A stretch of DNA of 64,000 bases from Corallococcus sp. NCRR (GTDB lineage: Bacteria > Myxococcota > Myxococcia > Myxococcales > Myxococcaceae): contig NZ_CP114039.1 of assembly GCF_026965535.1 (NCBI RefSeq), positions 7,843,461 through 7,907,460 of the forward strand. Reading direction: 5' to 3'. The notes under the pieces are model-generated. The model had not been told where the DNA came from. It worked only from the letters and a program-made list of their open reading frames with translations, and did no database searches. A program made the position numbers and the translations under genes. Shown here one piece after another: positions 35,815 to 45,599 of the stretch (position 1 is its first letter; every line of letters starts with the position of its first letter).

Positions 35815-37092
35815 ATGGGTCTGAGGAAGGCGCTGCGCTGGGGATGTTTCGGGGCCCTGTGCGTGCTGGTGGGGTGTGGAGGCATGGATGACGGCCGCTC
35901 GCCGGAGGAGGACTCCGGGCCGGGCCGCGCGGACGCGGAGGTCAACGCGCCCGCCGCCACGGAGTCCGTGGAGGCCGCCCCTACGCTGACGCTGCATGAC
36001 GGGCACCAGGTGCAGGCCACGCCGCCCGTGGCGCCCCTGCCCACGAAGTTCCAGCCCGCCTTCCACCAGTCGCTGCGCGAGTCCGTCTCCGTGGGGAGCT
36101 TCACCACGTACCGGCTCAAGGTGCCCCTGGGGCGCGCCGGAAGCCGCGTGCGCGTCACCTTCCGCTCCGGCGACGGCGGCCTGACGCTGCAGCGGGCCAC
36201 GGTGGCGAAGGCCGGCCCCAACGGCGCGCTGGACTCCGCGCCGGTGGCGCTCACCTTCGGCGGTCAGCCGGGCTTCACCACGGGCACGCGCACGCTGGTG
36301 ACGTCGGATCCGGTCGCGTTCCCGGTGGGCTTCCGCGACGAGGTGGCCATCTCCTTCGAGGTGAAGGGCGCGCTGGGCAAGAGCCGCATCCAGGCGTTCC
36401 CGGACAGCTGGATGAAGACGGGCGCCTACGCGACGACGCAGGGCGCGCTGGGCGGACAGGCCTGGGAGTACGCCACGGGCGTGGCGACGGTGGACGTGGA
36501 GGGCGCGCCGGGCCGGGCCTTCGTCGCCATTGGTGACAGCATCACCGAGGGCTACACGGGCACGTGGAACGACACGCGCAACGCGTGGCCGTCCCGGGTG
36601 GAGAAGCAGCTCGGGGTGCCGGTGGTGAACTCGGGCGCGTCCGGGCAGGGCTTCTGGGACGCGAACCTCCAGCTGCCGCAGGAGGTGCTCTCCCTGCAGG
36701 GCGTCACCGACTGCGTCGTCCTGCTGGGCGTCAACGACCTGGCCGCGGAGGGCATGACGGTGCCCAAGCTGCAGCAGCGCATGACGCAGCTGCTGGATCA
36801 GCTCCAGCCCATGTGCAAGCTGTGGGTGAGCACGCTGCTGCCCAAGGAGAAGATGGGCTCGGACGGCGGCGACTTCGAGCTGATGAAGGCCCAGCGCCAC
36901 GAGTTCAACGCGTGGCTGCGTGGCCTGACGCGCGCGCAGGTCATCGACCTGGAGGCCGTGACGCGGCAGCCGGGCAACGTGGACCTCTTCATCGACGGGC
37001 TGGAGGTGGACGGCATCCACCCGTCCGTGGAGGGCCACCGGGTGATGGCGGACGAGGTCGCGCGGACCCTCAAGGCGAAGGGCGGCCTGTAG
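35815..37092 (+). CDS. SGNH/GDSL hydrolase family lipoprotein with an N-terminal beta-rich domain
   Basis: Lipobox 'LCVLVGCGG'. GDSL block 'VAIGDSITEGY' and the catalytic 'DGIHPSVEGH' (DxxH) near the C-terminus. The track ORF begins at 35755, and the ATG at 35815 precedes the signal peptide. Confidence 0.7.
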   Translation: MGLRKALRWGCFGALCVLVGCGGMDDGRSPEEDSGPGRADAEVNAPAATESVEAAPTLTLHDGHQVQATPPVAPLPTKFQPAFHQSLRESVSVGSFTTYRLKVPLGRAGSRVRVTFRSGDGGLTLQRATVAKAGPNGALDSAPVALTFGGQPGFTTGTRTLVTSDPVAFPVGFRDEVAISFEVKGALGKSRIQAFPDSWMKTGAYATTQGALGGQAWEYATGVATVDVEGAPGRAFVAIGDSITEGYTGTWNDTRNAWPSRVEKQLGVPVVNSGASGQGFWDANLQLPQEVLSLQGVTDCVVLLGVNDLAAEGMTVPKLQQRMTQLLDQLQPMCKLWVSTLLPKEKMGSDGGDFELMKAQRHEFNAWLRGLTRAQVIDLEAVTRQPGNVDLFIDGLEVDGIHPSVEGHRVMADEVARTLKAKGGL

Positions 37093-37193
37093 CGCCTGCC
37101 CGGCTGGAAAGCGCACGGGGGGTTTGAATAGTTTCGGGGCCGCCGCGTCCAGGCCGTGTTCCCTGACCTTCCCTTCTCCTTGGAGCGTCCCCC

Positions 37194-37547
37194 ATGCGCG
37201 CCCTTCCCGCCGCCCTCGTCGCCGCCGTCCTCGCCCTGCCCTCCCTCGTCCACGCGTCCGCGCTGCGCTGTGACAACAAGCTCGTGTCGGAAGGCGCTTC
37301 CATGACGGACGCGCTGGCCAAGTGCGGCGAGCCCGTGACCAAGCAGACCAAGACGGAGTACGTGACCAACAAGGTCAAGGAAGGCAACCGGGATAGGACG
37401 CGCTACGGGGAGGCCTCCACGGAGGTCACGACCTCCACGACCGTGGAGGAGTGGACCTACAACTTCGGGCCCCACCGCCTCATGCAGGTGGCCATCTTCC
37501 GCGACGGCCGGCTGGTGGACGTGCGCAGCGGCTCCTACGGCTACTGA
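37194..37547 (+). CDS. Small secreted hypothetical protein (possibly DUF2845-like)
   Basis: Signal peptide 'LVAAVLALPSLVHASA'. 117 aa with two Cys. The family assignment is tentative. Confidence 0.5.
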   Translation: MRALPAALVAAVLALPSLVHASALRCDNKLVSEGASMTDALAKCGEPVTKQTKTEYVTNKVKEGNRDRTRYGEASTEVTTSTTVEEWTYNFGPHRLMQVAIFRDGRLVDVRSGSYGY

Positions 37548-39451
37548 GGCCCCAGGTACTGCTCCAGCAGCTGGCGCATGAACGCCGGCCGCTGGCGCAG
37601 GGTCTCGCGGAAGTTCAGCAGGTGCACGCGCCAGTCCTCCACGGAGGCCGGCTGACTCCAGCGCGCCACCTGGCCAGGCATCTCCAGTTCGAGCGCCTCC
37701 GCCGCCGCGTCCAGGGCCGCCGTCACCCGCTCCGCGGCGAAGGTGTGCTCGGTGTGCCAGAGGAAGCGCTCGACGAAGCGGGCCTTGAACTCCGGCGACT
37801 GGAGCAGCCCCCGCAGGAGCAGCGTGGACCAGGCCCCCACCTCCGACGCTTCATCCAGCACGCGCCCCAGGCTGTCCTGGTCCGGGCCGTACACCAGGGC
37901 GAGGTCCAGGTCGTACACGAGCCAGCGCCAACGGCCATCGTGTCCCAGCGGCGCGTCCGGCTCGGGCTTCTTCGTGCGCAGCCGCCAGAACTTCACGTTG
38001 TTCTGCGGCCAGTCCGTGTTGCCCAGGTAGAGCTGCGCGGCCTGGTAGTCGATGAAGTCCGCCACATCCATCCGCGCGCTCACCCAGGCGAGGTGCTCCG
38101 GCACCGCTAGGTCGTGCGTCGCCACGTAGTCGATGAGCTCCTGGTAGGGCTGCTCGTCCCCCGCCTCCCCCACGTCCAGGATACCGGAGCCCTCCAGGAT
38201 GACGGCCTTCTTGCGGTCCACGCCGTAGTGCGACGCCAGGTAGTACTCGTCCATGCGCTCGCGCAGCTCGTGCAGGCCCCAGTACTCGCCATTGAGGAAC
38301 ACGAGCGTGGGACGGCAGGCCTGGAGCGCGAGCCGCGTCTCGGCCAGCAGGCCCTGGAGCACGCAGTCGCGCAGCTTGGTGATGCCCTGGTCCTGTCCGG
38401 ACGTGCGCACCAGCAGCCGCGTGAACTCCGTCACCGGGGAGCCGGGGAACACCGCCCCCGCGAACGTCTTCGGGCCGTAGTCCTCCTTCGCGTACAGCCG
38501 CAGGCTCTTCTGCGGCAGCACCGCGCTGCCCGTGCCGTGGATGCGCACGCCCGCGTCCTGGGCGAACACGCGCTGGCCGGAGGTCTCGAACCACTCCACG
38601 TGGACGGGGCGCTCCCACTCCTTGCCGTTCTGCATGTAGTTGGCCGCGAACGGGTCGTCCGGCCGGGCCTCGGCGGCGAGCCCGGGGACGTAGATGCCCG
38701 TCACCGGGTCGAAGAAGTTCGCCGCGTCCGTGACGAGCGACAGCACCGGCAGCGAGTACGGCTCCCGGCCAATGACGAACGAGCGCGTGCGGACCGGGCC
38801 CACCGGCTCCGTGCCCTTGTATTGCCGGTAGCGCACCACCGCGACCTGGGGCGGCTCCTCCAGCGGCGAAACCCACCGCGAGCCTTCCGCGGCAGCGGGC
38901 ACCGTCGTGGGCACGAAGGACCACCGCACCGGAGGCGTGGAGCGCGCCAGCAGCGCGATGGGAGCGAAGTAGCGCGGCGACTCGGGCGTGGGCGTGGAGC
39001 CGTCCCGCGTGAAGTACGTGCGCAACCCCCTGGCCGTGGGCAACGCCAGCAGCGTCTCCGGCTGATAGAGCCCGGGCCGCGCGTCGAACGTCAGGTGCTG
39101 GAAGTCGACGCGGGCGCGCGCCTCTGAACCCAGCCTGTCGCGCGCCACCACCTCCAACGCCAGCGTGCGCGGGCCCGGCCACCAGGGCAGGCTCCAGCGG
39201 CCACTGTCGAGGGTGGCATGGCCCAGGAAGCGCCCGTCCTCGTACACCTCCACCCGGGAGGGGCCCGCGTCGCTCGCCACCGTGCCGAACAGCCGGTGCG
39301 TGTCCGGCGCGTGCCCGTCGAGGGTGACGTGAAGCCCGGTGGGCGGTGGGAGCTCGGCCTCGTTCAGCCGCCGCTCGGGGGCGGGCTCACAGCCGGCCCC
39401 CGCGAGGACGAGGAGACCCAGGAACAAGGACGCGAGGCGACGGAGACGCAT
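37541..39451 (-). CDS. Lipoprotein, possibly CotH family
   Basis: Lipobox 'LLVLAGAGCEP'. 636 aa. The CotH assignment rests only on recalled similarity around 'LVFLNGEYWGLHELRERMDEYY' and is tentative. Confidence 0.5.
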   Translation of the reverse strand: MRLRRLASLFLGLLVLAGAGCEPAPERRLNEAELPPPTGLHVTLDGHAPDTHRLFGTVASDAGPSRVEVYEDGRFLGHATLDSGRWSLPWWPGPRTLALEVVARDRLGSEARARVDFQHLTFDARPGLYQPETLLALPTARGLRTYFTRDGSTPTPESPRYFAPIALLARSTPPVRWSFVPTTVPAAAEGSRWVSPLEEPPQVAVVRYRQYKGTEPVGPVRTRSFVIGREPYSLPVLSLVTDAANFFDPVTGIYVPGLAAEARPDDPFAANYMQNGKEWERPVHVEWFETSGQRVFAQDAGVRIHGTGSAVLPQKSLRLYAKEDYGPKTFAGAVFPGSPVTEFTRLLVRTSGQDQGITKLRDCVLQGLLAETRLALQACRPTLVFLNGEYWGLHELRERMDEYYLASHYGVDRKKAVILEGSGILDVGEAGDEQPYQELIDYVATHDLAVPEHLAWVSARMDVADFIDYQAAQLYLGNTDWPQNNVKFWRLRTKKPEPDAPLGHDGRWRWLVYDLDLALVYGPDQDSLGRVLDEASEVGAWSTLLLRGLLQSPEFKARFVERFLWHTEHTFAAERVTAALDAAAEALELEMPGQVARWSQPASVEDWRVHLLNFRETLRQRPAFMRQLLEQYLGPQ

Positions 39452-39529
39452 GGAGGTCTCCGTCCTGTACCAGACAATGCTTTGACCTCACACCGCCGCG
39501 TGACACGGCGCGGCGGGAGGCCCCTTCCC

Positions 39530-40252
39530 TCAGGCGGGGGGCGCGGTGGCTTCGAGCAGGCCGTGCTTCTGGAGGAGCGCGGCCAGGGCGGGCGGCGCGA
39601 GCATCCAGTCCTCGCGCGTGGGCACCCAGCGCACGGGGGCCCCGGCGGCGGCGAGCCTCGCGTTCACCTCCGCGATCATCGGGGCGAAGGTGGGCTGCGG
39701 CACGTCCCAGCTGCCCACGCCCGCCTGGACCTCCACGGCCCCGGGCTCCACGCGCACCGCGGGCTGGCCCTGCACCGGTTGGATGGCGAACCCCGGCAGG
39801 TACGGCTGCATGGCGGCGGACAGGCGCTCCAGCAGCGTCGGGTCCTCGAAGGGGTGCGCGCCCTCCAGGTCGAAGAAGGTGGGCAGCTGCGCCTGGAGCT
39901 CGTCGCGCAGCGGGTCGTCCTTGCTGTCGCGCCAGGCGTGCTCGGCCAGGACGCGGGCCTCGTGGGGGATGCGGATCTCCCAGCGCTCCAGGAGCGCGAG
40001 CAATTCCGCCACGCGCTCCACCTCCTCCCACGGCGGCTCCACGCGCGTGAGCCAGGACACCTCCGACACCGTCTGTCCCCGGCGAATGCCGGACACCCGG
40101 TCGCCCTTGCGCAGCTGGAAGGGCGGCGCCTGGGTGAACTCCGGATCCGGATAGAGGGCGGTGTGCAGCAACCCCGTGCCCGCTTCCGGGCGCACGCGCG
40201 CGAAGCCGTGCTTGGGGTTGATCTCCTCCACGACGAACGTCTCCTGGGCCAT
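39530..40252 (-). CDS. Hypothetical protein (240 aa)
   Basis: ATG ORF with balanced composition, 10 nt downstream of the PEP carboxylase stop. No domain recognised. Confidence 0.45.
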   Translation of the reverse strand: MAQETFVVEEINPKHGFARVRPEAGTGLLHTALYPDPEFTQAPPFQLRKGDRVSGIRRGQTVSEVSWLTRVEPPWEEVERVAELLALLERWEIRIPHEARVLAEHAWRDSKDDPLRDELQAQLPTFFDLEGAHPFEDPTLLERLSAAMQPYLPGFAIQPVQGQPAVRVEPGAVEVQAGVGSWDVPQPTFAPMIAEVNARLAAAGAPVRWVPTREDWMLAPPALAALLQKHGLLEATAPPA

Positions 40253-40262
40253 GGTCTCTTCT

Positions 40263-42932
40263 CTAACCGGTGTTCCGCATGCCCGCAGCGATGCCGTTGA
40301 GCGCCAGGAGGAGCGGCCGGTCGCACTCCGCGTCCCCGTCCCGCTTGCGCTTGAGCAGCTCCACCTGGAGGAAGGACATGGGGTCCACGTAGGGGTTGCG
40401 CAGCGCGATGCTCCGCTGGAGCTGCGGGTTGTTGTCCAAAAGCTTCGCCTCGCCCGTGAGCGACTTCACCGCGCGGCGCGTGCGGGAGTGCTCCTGCTGG
40501 ATGCGCAGCCACAGGGGCCGCGTGGACGCGGGCGCCAGCTTCGCGTACCGCGCCGCGATGGCCATGTCCGTCTTGGCCAGCACCATGCTCACGTTGTCGA
40601 TGACCGCGCGGAAGAAGGGCCAGTCCTTGTACATGCGCTGCAGGAGCGCCGCGCCCTCCGGCGTGGCCGCGTACGCCTCCAGCGCGCTGCCCACGCCGTA
40701 CCAGGCCGGGAGGATGGCGCGCGTCTGCGTCCAGGCGAAGCTCCACGGGATGGCGCGCAGCGTGTCCAGCCCGCCCGCCTTGCGCTTGCTGGGGCGCGAG
40801 CCGATGGGCAGCGCCGAAATCTCCTCCACCGGCGTGCCCTTCATGAAGAACTCCACGAAGCCCGGGTCCTCCCAGACGAGCGCGCGGTACGCCTTGCGGC
40901 CGGACTCGGCCAGCGTGTCGAACGCGGCGCGGAAGGCGGACTCGTCCTCCGGGGACGGGCGCGGCTGCGCGTCCAGCGTGTGCAGGAGCACGCCGCCCAC
41001 CACCAGCTCCAGCGTGCGCTGGGTGAGCTCCGGGCGCGCGTACTTGTGGTCCATCGCCTCGCCCTGTTCGGTGGCCTTGTAGGCGCCGGCCACCGTGCCC
41101 GGCGGCAGCGCGAGGATGGCCGTCTGGGCGGGGCCGCCGCCGCGCGCCACCGTCTCCCCGCGGCCGTGGAACAGGCGCAGGGGCACGTCGTTCTCGTCCG
41201 CCACCTGCGTGAGCGCCACCTGCGCGCGGTACAGCGCGGCGCTCGCGGCGAGCAGGCCCACCTCCTTGCCGGAGTCGCTGTAGCCGACCATCACCTCCTG
41301 CACCCCACGGCCCTTCAGGTGCTGGCGGTACTCCGGATGCGCGAAGAGCTGGCGCAGCACGTCCGGCCCGCCGTCCAGCGCGCCCAGTTGCTCGAAGAGG
41401 GGCGCCACGTCCACGGTGGCGCACTGGAGCTTCGCGTCCCAGAGCCCCGCGTGCTTCAGGCACTGGAAGGCGGCGAGCACGTCCTCCGCGGTGGAGGCCA
41501 TGGAGAGGATGAGCGTGCGGCAGACGGACTCGCCGCCCTCGTCCTGGCCCTCGCGCAGCTTCGCCAGCACCTCCAACAGCCGCTTGCCGCCCTCGGTGGG
41601 GGCCGGTCCTCCGTTGAAGGACGCCGCCGCGCTCACCGCGTCCTCCGCGGGGGCCCGCACCTCCAGTTCGCCCAGGCCCAGTCCCAGCGCGCGCACGCGC
41701 TCGGACATGCGGCGCACCTCGCGCAGGCCCGCGTGCTCCGCTCTCGCCGCGAAGAGCGACCGCTCCAGCACCGCCAGGTCATCCCCCAGCGCCTCCGGTG
41801 AGCGGTAGGCCCCGGCCGGCAGCGTGGACTCCTTCCCCTGCCGCCGCGCGAGCACGTGCTCCAGCGCCAGCGTCAGCCGCTCCTCCATGAAGCGCAGCTT
41901 GCGGCGCCACGGCTCGCCCAGCGTGCGAGGCCCCTGCTGCTTCGCCACGTCCGGCAGCGCCTTCGCGTCCTCTTCCAACGAGCGCTCCAGCTCCTGCGTG
42001 GGGCGCGCGTGCCGCTCCGACTGGGACAGCATCCCGCCCAGCCGCTCCACGTCGCGCAACAGCAGCCGCAGGCCCCGGGCGCGGTGCGCGCGCAGCGTGT
42101 CCGCGAACACCTCCGGCGTCACCAGCGGGTTGCCGTCCATGTCGCCGCCCACCCACGAGTGCACGCGCACGGGCGTGTCCAGCGCGCCCAGGGGCTCGCC
42201 GTAGGCGCGCTCGAAGGCCCAGTCCAGCGCCTCCGGCAGCCGGGCCACCGGCTCCGACAGCATCTCCTCCACGTACCAGTGGACGTTCTTCACCTCGTCG
42301 CCCACGGTGGGGCGCTCGCGGCGCAGCTCGTCCGTCTGCCACAGCGCGGTGATCTCCTCGCGCATGGCCGTGAGGTTCGCGGCGGACTCGCGCGGGGTGA
42401 GCGTGCACCGGTCGCGCTCCTCCAACAATTGGGACAGCCGGTAGAGCTTCTCCAGCAGCGTGCGGCGCACCGCCTGGGTCGGGTGCGCGGTGAACGTCAG
42501 CGTCACCTTCAGCGTCCCCAGCGTCTCGCGCACCTTGTCGGCGCTGACGCCCGCGGCCTTCAAGGCCAGCAGCGTCGACTCCAGCGACCCCTTCTGGGGC
42601 CGGGCGGCGGTGGGGCTCGCGTGGGCGCGCGCGCGGCGGATGCGGTGGTGCTGCTCCGCGAGATTGACCAGCTGGAAGTAGACGGAGAAGGCGCGCAGCA
42701 CCGGCTCCACCTGCTCCGACGGCAGCCGCCGCAACACCGCCGCCAGCTCCGCCGCCGCGGCGCGTCGTCCGGCCACGGGGCCGCGCCGCCGCTGGATGGC
42801 CAGGTGGCGGACCTCCTCCTCCTTGTCGAACAGGGCCTGCCCCTCCTGTTCCACCAACACCTCACCCAACAGCCGGCCCAAGAGCCGGACATCCCGCCGC
42901 AGCGGGGGATCCACGGGACGTGTACGCGCCAT
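40263..42932 (-). CDS. ppc: Phosphoenolpyruvate carboxylase
   Basis: 889 aa. The C-terminus '...LNGIAAGMRNTG' (PEPC signature, terminal NTG) and 'VGYSDSGKEVG' are present. The ATG at 42930-42932 (MARTRPVDP) lies within the longer 987-aa track ORF. Confidence 0.9.
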   Translation of the reverse strand: MARTRPVDPPLRRDVRLLGRLLGEVLVEQEGQALFDKEEEVRHLAIQRRRGPVAGRRAAAAELAAVLRRLPSEQVEPVLRAFSVYFQLVNLAEQHHRIRRARAHASPTAARPQKGSLESTLLALKAAGVSADKVRETLGTLKVTLTFTAHPTQAVRRTLLEKLYRLSQLLEERDRCTLTPRESAANLTAMREEITALWQTDELRRERPTVGDEVKNVHWYVEEMLSEPVARLPEALDWAFERAYGEPLGALDTPVRVHSWVGGDMDGNPLVTPEVFADTLRAHRARGLRLLLRDVERLGGMLSQSERHARPTQELERSLEEDAKALPDVAKQQGPRTLGEPWRRKLRFMEERLTLALEHVLARRQGKESTLPAGAYRSPEALGDDLAVLERSLFAARAEHAGLREVRRMSERVRALGLGLGELEVRAPAEDAVSAAASFNGGPAPTEGGKRLLEVLAKLREGQDEGGESVCRTLILSMASTAEDVLAAFQCLKHAGLWDAKLQCATVDVAPLFEQLGALDGGPDVLRQLFAHPEYRQHLKGRGVQEVMVGYSDSGKEVGLLAASAALYRAQVALTQVADENDVPLRLFHGRGETVARGGGPAQTAILALPPGTVAGAYKATEQGEAMDHKYARPELTQRTLELVVGGVLLHTLDAQPRPSPEDESAFRAAFDTLAESGRKAYRALVWEDPGFVEFFMKGTPVEEISALPIGSRPSKRKAGGLDTLRAIPWSFAWTQTRAILPAWYGVGSALEAYAATPEGAALLQRMYKDWPFFRAVIDNVSMVLAKTDMAIAARYAKLAPASTRPLWLRIQQEHSRTRRAVKSLTGEAKLLDNNPQLQRSIALRNPYVDPMSFLQVELLKRKRDGDAECDRPLLLALNGIAAGMRNTG

Positions 42933-43127
42933 AACGGACCGGAACCGTAGTCCTTGGTCCCCCACCGCCCCTACCCATTCTCGAATTTCCGACCGCCAGC
43001 GGACGGATGACCCACTCCGTCCTTGCAGTAAAAATTCAACCACCCCGTCTTCCCAAAAGGTCAGGCCTTCCACTAGAAAGTGGGCACTCCCGGACCCCGC
43101 CGGGATGTCTGACCTGACCCTGAAGGA

Positions 43128-45488
43128 GTGGCAATGCGGAAAAACCCGTCTTGGCTGGCCCTGGGCCTGCTCACACTCGCGGCGCCTTCGGCGTACGCGG
43201 AGCGTGCGTGGTACGAGAAGCCGCAACCCGACGTCGCCGCGCCGTCCGCCTCACTGCGCAAGGCGGCTGTTGTGCAGGACATCACGGATGACCTGCCCCA
43301 CCGTCTGGGGGAGCAGCAGAAGGAGCTCAAGGCGCAGGCGCTGAAGCAGCGCCTGGAGGGTCGCGGTCAGGCCGGCCGCGTGCAGAAGCTGGCCAACGGC
43401 AAGTTCGTGGAGCTGGAGCTGCAGCGCACGGACCGCATCTTCGTCATCCTGGTGGAGTACGGGACGCAGATCCACCCGGTGTTCGGCAACCCCACCACCA
43501 ACCCGGGCGGCAACATCCCGGGCCCGCTGCACAATGAGATTCCGGCCCCGGACCGCTCGGTGGACAACACCACCATCTGGCAGCCGGACTACAACCGCGA
43601 GCACTTCGAGAAGCTCTACTTCGACACCACTCCGGGCGCGGACTCGGTGGCGAACTTCTACAAGGCCGCGTCCTCCGGCCGCTACACCGTGTCCGGCACG
43701 GTGTCCGAGTGGGTGAAGGTGCCGTACAACGCCGCCCGCTACGGCAACAACCTGTGCGGCAGCTCCAGCTGCTCCAACTCCGTGTGGCCGCTCATCAGCG
43801 ACGCCATCAAGGCGTGGACCGCCGCCCAGCAGGCCGCCGGCAAGACGCCCGCGGAGATCAAGGCGTACCTGGACACGTTCGACACGTGGGACCGGTACGA
43901 CTACGACGGCGACGGCAACTTCGACGAGCCGGACGGCTACATCGACCACTTCCAGATCGTCCACGCCGGCATGGGTGAGGAAGTCGGCGGCGGCGCGCAG
44001 GGCCCCAACGCCGTGTGGAGCCACCGCTGGTTCGCGTACAGCACGGGCCTGGGCCCGGATGGCGCCGGCCCCGCGTACAACCAGAACGGCGGCGCGCGCT
44101 TCGGCACCGGCATCGACAAGTGGGTGGGCGACTACACCATCCAGCCGGAGAACGGCGGTCTGGGTGTGTTCGCGCACGAGTACGGCCACGACCTGGGCCT
44201 GCCGGACCACTACGACACGACGAACGCGGCGGACAACGGGACGGGCTTCTGGACCATCATGTCGTCCGGCTCGTACCTGAACGACGGCACCACGGACATC
44301 GGCAGCCGTCCGGGTGACTTCTTCGCCTGGGACAAGCTGCAGCTGGGCTGGCTGGACTACGCCACCACGAGCGCGGGCCTGTACTCGTACCACAACCTGG
44401 GCCCCTCGGAGTTCACGTCCGCGAACGCGAAGCAGGCGCTCGTCGTGAAGCTGCCCGGCAAGCCCGTGGTGCAGCCCACCACCGCCCCCTACGAGGGCCA
44501 GGGCATGTGGCAGGGCGGCCAGGGCAACAACCTGGACCGCGTGCTCGAGAAGACGGTGAAGCTGCCGAACAAGAAGCCCATCACCTTCTCCTTCCAGACC
44601 TGGTTCGACATCGAGGAGGACTGGGACTACGCCTACGTCGCCCTCTCCTTGGACGGTGGCCCGTTCGTGAACCTGCCCAGCCCCGTCAGCCGCACCACGA
44701 ACCCGTGGGGCAACAACCTGGGCAACGGCATCACCGGCGCGTCCGGCGGTTGGATTCCCCTGGAGTTCGACCTGTCCGCCCACGCGGGCAAGACCGTCAC
44801 CGTGAAGATCCGCTACAAGACGGACGGGGCGGAGTTCGGCAAGGGCTTCCTGGTGGACTTCGTGCAGCTGTGGGCGAAGAACACGTACGTCTTCGGTGAC
44901 GACGGCGAGTGGGGCCACAAGTGGTGGGACAAGTCGACGTTCTTCGTGACGGACGGCACCAACACCCTCTACGACAACTACTACCTGGCCGAGTGGCGCC
45001 AGTTCCGCGGCTACGACGAGGGGCTCGCCACGGGTCCCTACAACTACGGCTTCAGCGCGGACGGGCTGTTCGACTGGGCGGAGCGCTACTCCTACAACCC
45101 TGGCCTGCTCGTCACCTACTGGGACACCTCCCAGTCGAACAACAACGTGTCGCAGCACCCGGGCTCGGGCCGCATCCTGCCCATCGACTCGCGCCCGCAG
45201 CCGCTGCAGCGCAGCGACGGCCGCTACTGGTCCGGCCGCGTGCAGACGCACGACGCGACGTTCGGTCTGGAGCCCAGCTTCCCGCTGTCGCTCAAGCCCA
45301 ACGGCTTCCCGCGCAACGAGTACCCCTCGCAGCCCGCGGTGCCGGTGTTCAACGACACGAACGAGTTCTGGTACGCCACGCAGCCGTACGGCGGCGTGAA
45401 GGTCCCGAAGACGGGCACCATCATCGAGGTGCTGTCGACGAACGCGGACCAGACCGTGATGGAAGTCCAGGTGCGTCCGGTCGACTGA
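43128..45488 (+). CDS. Secreted M6 family metalloprotease (immune inhibitor A-like)
   Basis: Signal peptide 'LALGLLTLAAPSAYA'. Zinc motif 'HEYGHDLGLPDHYD' (HExxH...D), 786 aa. The opposite-strand 1070-aa ORF is an Arg-rich artefact. Confidence 0.8.
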   Translation: MAMRKNPSWLALGLLTLAAPSAYAERAWYEKPQPDVAAPSASLRKAAVVQDITDDLPHRLGEQQKELKAQALKQRLEGRGQAGRVQKLANGKFVELELQRTDRIFVILVEYGTQIHPVFGNPTTNPGGNIPGPLHNEIPAPDRSVDNTTIWQPDYNREHFEKLYFDTTPGADSVANFYKAASSGRYTVSGTVSEWVKVPYNAARYGNNLCGSSSCSNSVWPLISDAIKAWTAAQQAAGKTPAEIKAYLDTFDTWDRYDYDGDGNFDEPDGYIDHFQIVHAGMGEEVGGGAQGPNAVWSHRWFAYSTGLGPDGAGPAYNQNGGARFGTGIDKWVGDYTIQPENGGLGVFAHEYGHDLGLPDHYDTTNAADNGTGFWTIMSSGSYLNDGTTDIGSRPGDFFAWDKLQLGWLDYATTSAGLYSYHNLGPSEFTSANAKQALVVKLPGKPVVQPTTAPYEGQGMWQGGQGNNLDRVLEKTVKLPNKKPITFSFQTWFDIEEDWDYAYVALSLDGGPFVNLPSPVSRTTNPWGNNLGNGITGASGGWIPLEFDLSAHAGKTVTVKIRYKTDGAEFGKGFLVDFVQLWAKNTYVFGDDGEWGHKWWDKSTFFVTDGTNTLYDNYYLAEWRQFRGYDEGLATGPYNYGFSADGLFDWAERYSYNPGLLVTYWDTSQSNNNVSQHPGSGRILPIDSRPQPLQRSDGRYWSGRVQTHDATFGLEPSFPLSLKPNGFPRNEYPSQPAVPVFNDTNEFWYATQPYGGVKVPKTGTIIEVLSTNADQTVMEVQVRPVD

Positions 45489-45599
45489 GCGTCTGACCGT
45501 CGTCACCGCTGAGCCGTGAAGGAAGGCCGGTCCCGCTTCGATGCGGGGCCGGCCTTCCGCTCTTCGGGTTGAAGGAATCCGGACACCCGGCACGAGGCC

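Noticed and set aside
35524-37116. 530-aa minus-strand ORF
   Set aside because: Antisense to the SGNH hydrolase lipoprotein gene (GDSL and DxxH motifs on the plus strand).
40161-41801. 546-aa plus-strand ORF, and the 595-aa minus-strand ORF at 39676-41463
   Set aside because: Both overlap the PEP carboxylase gene, which is identified by its terminal NTG signature. They are shadow ORFs.
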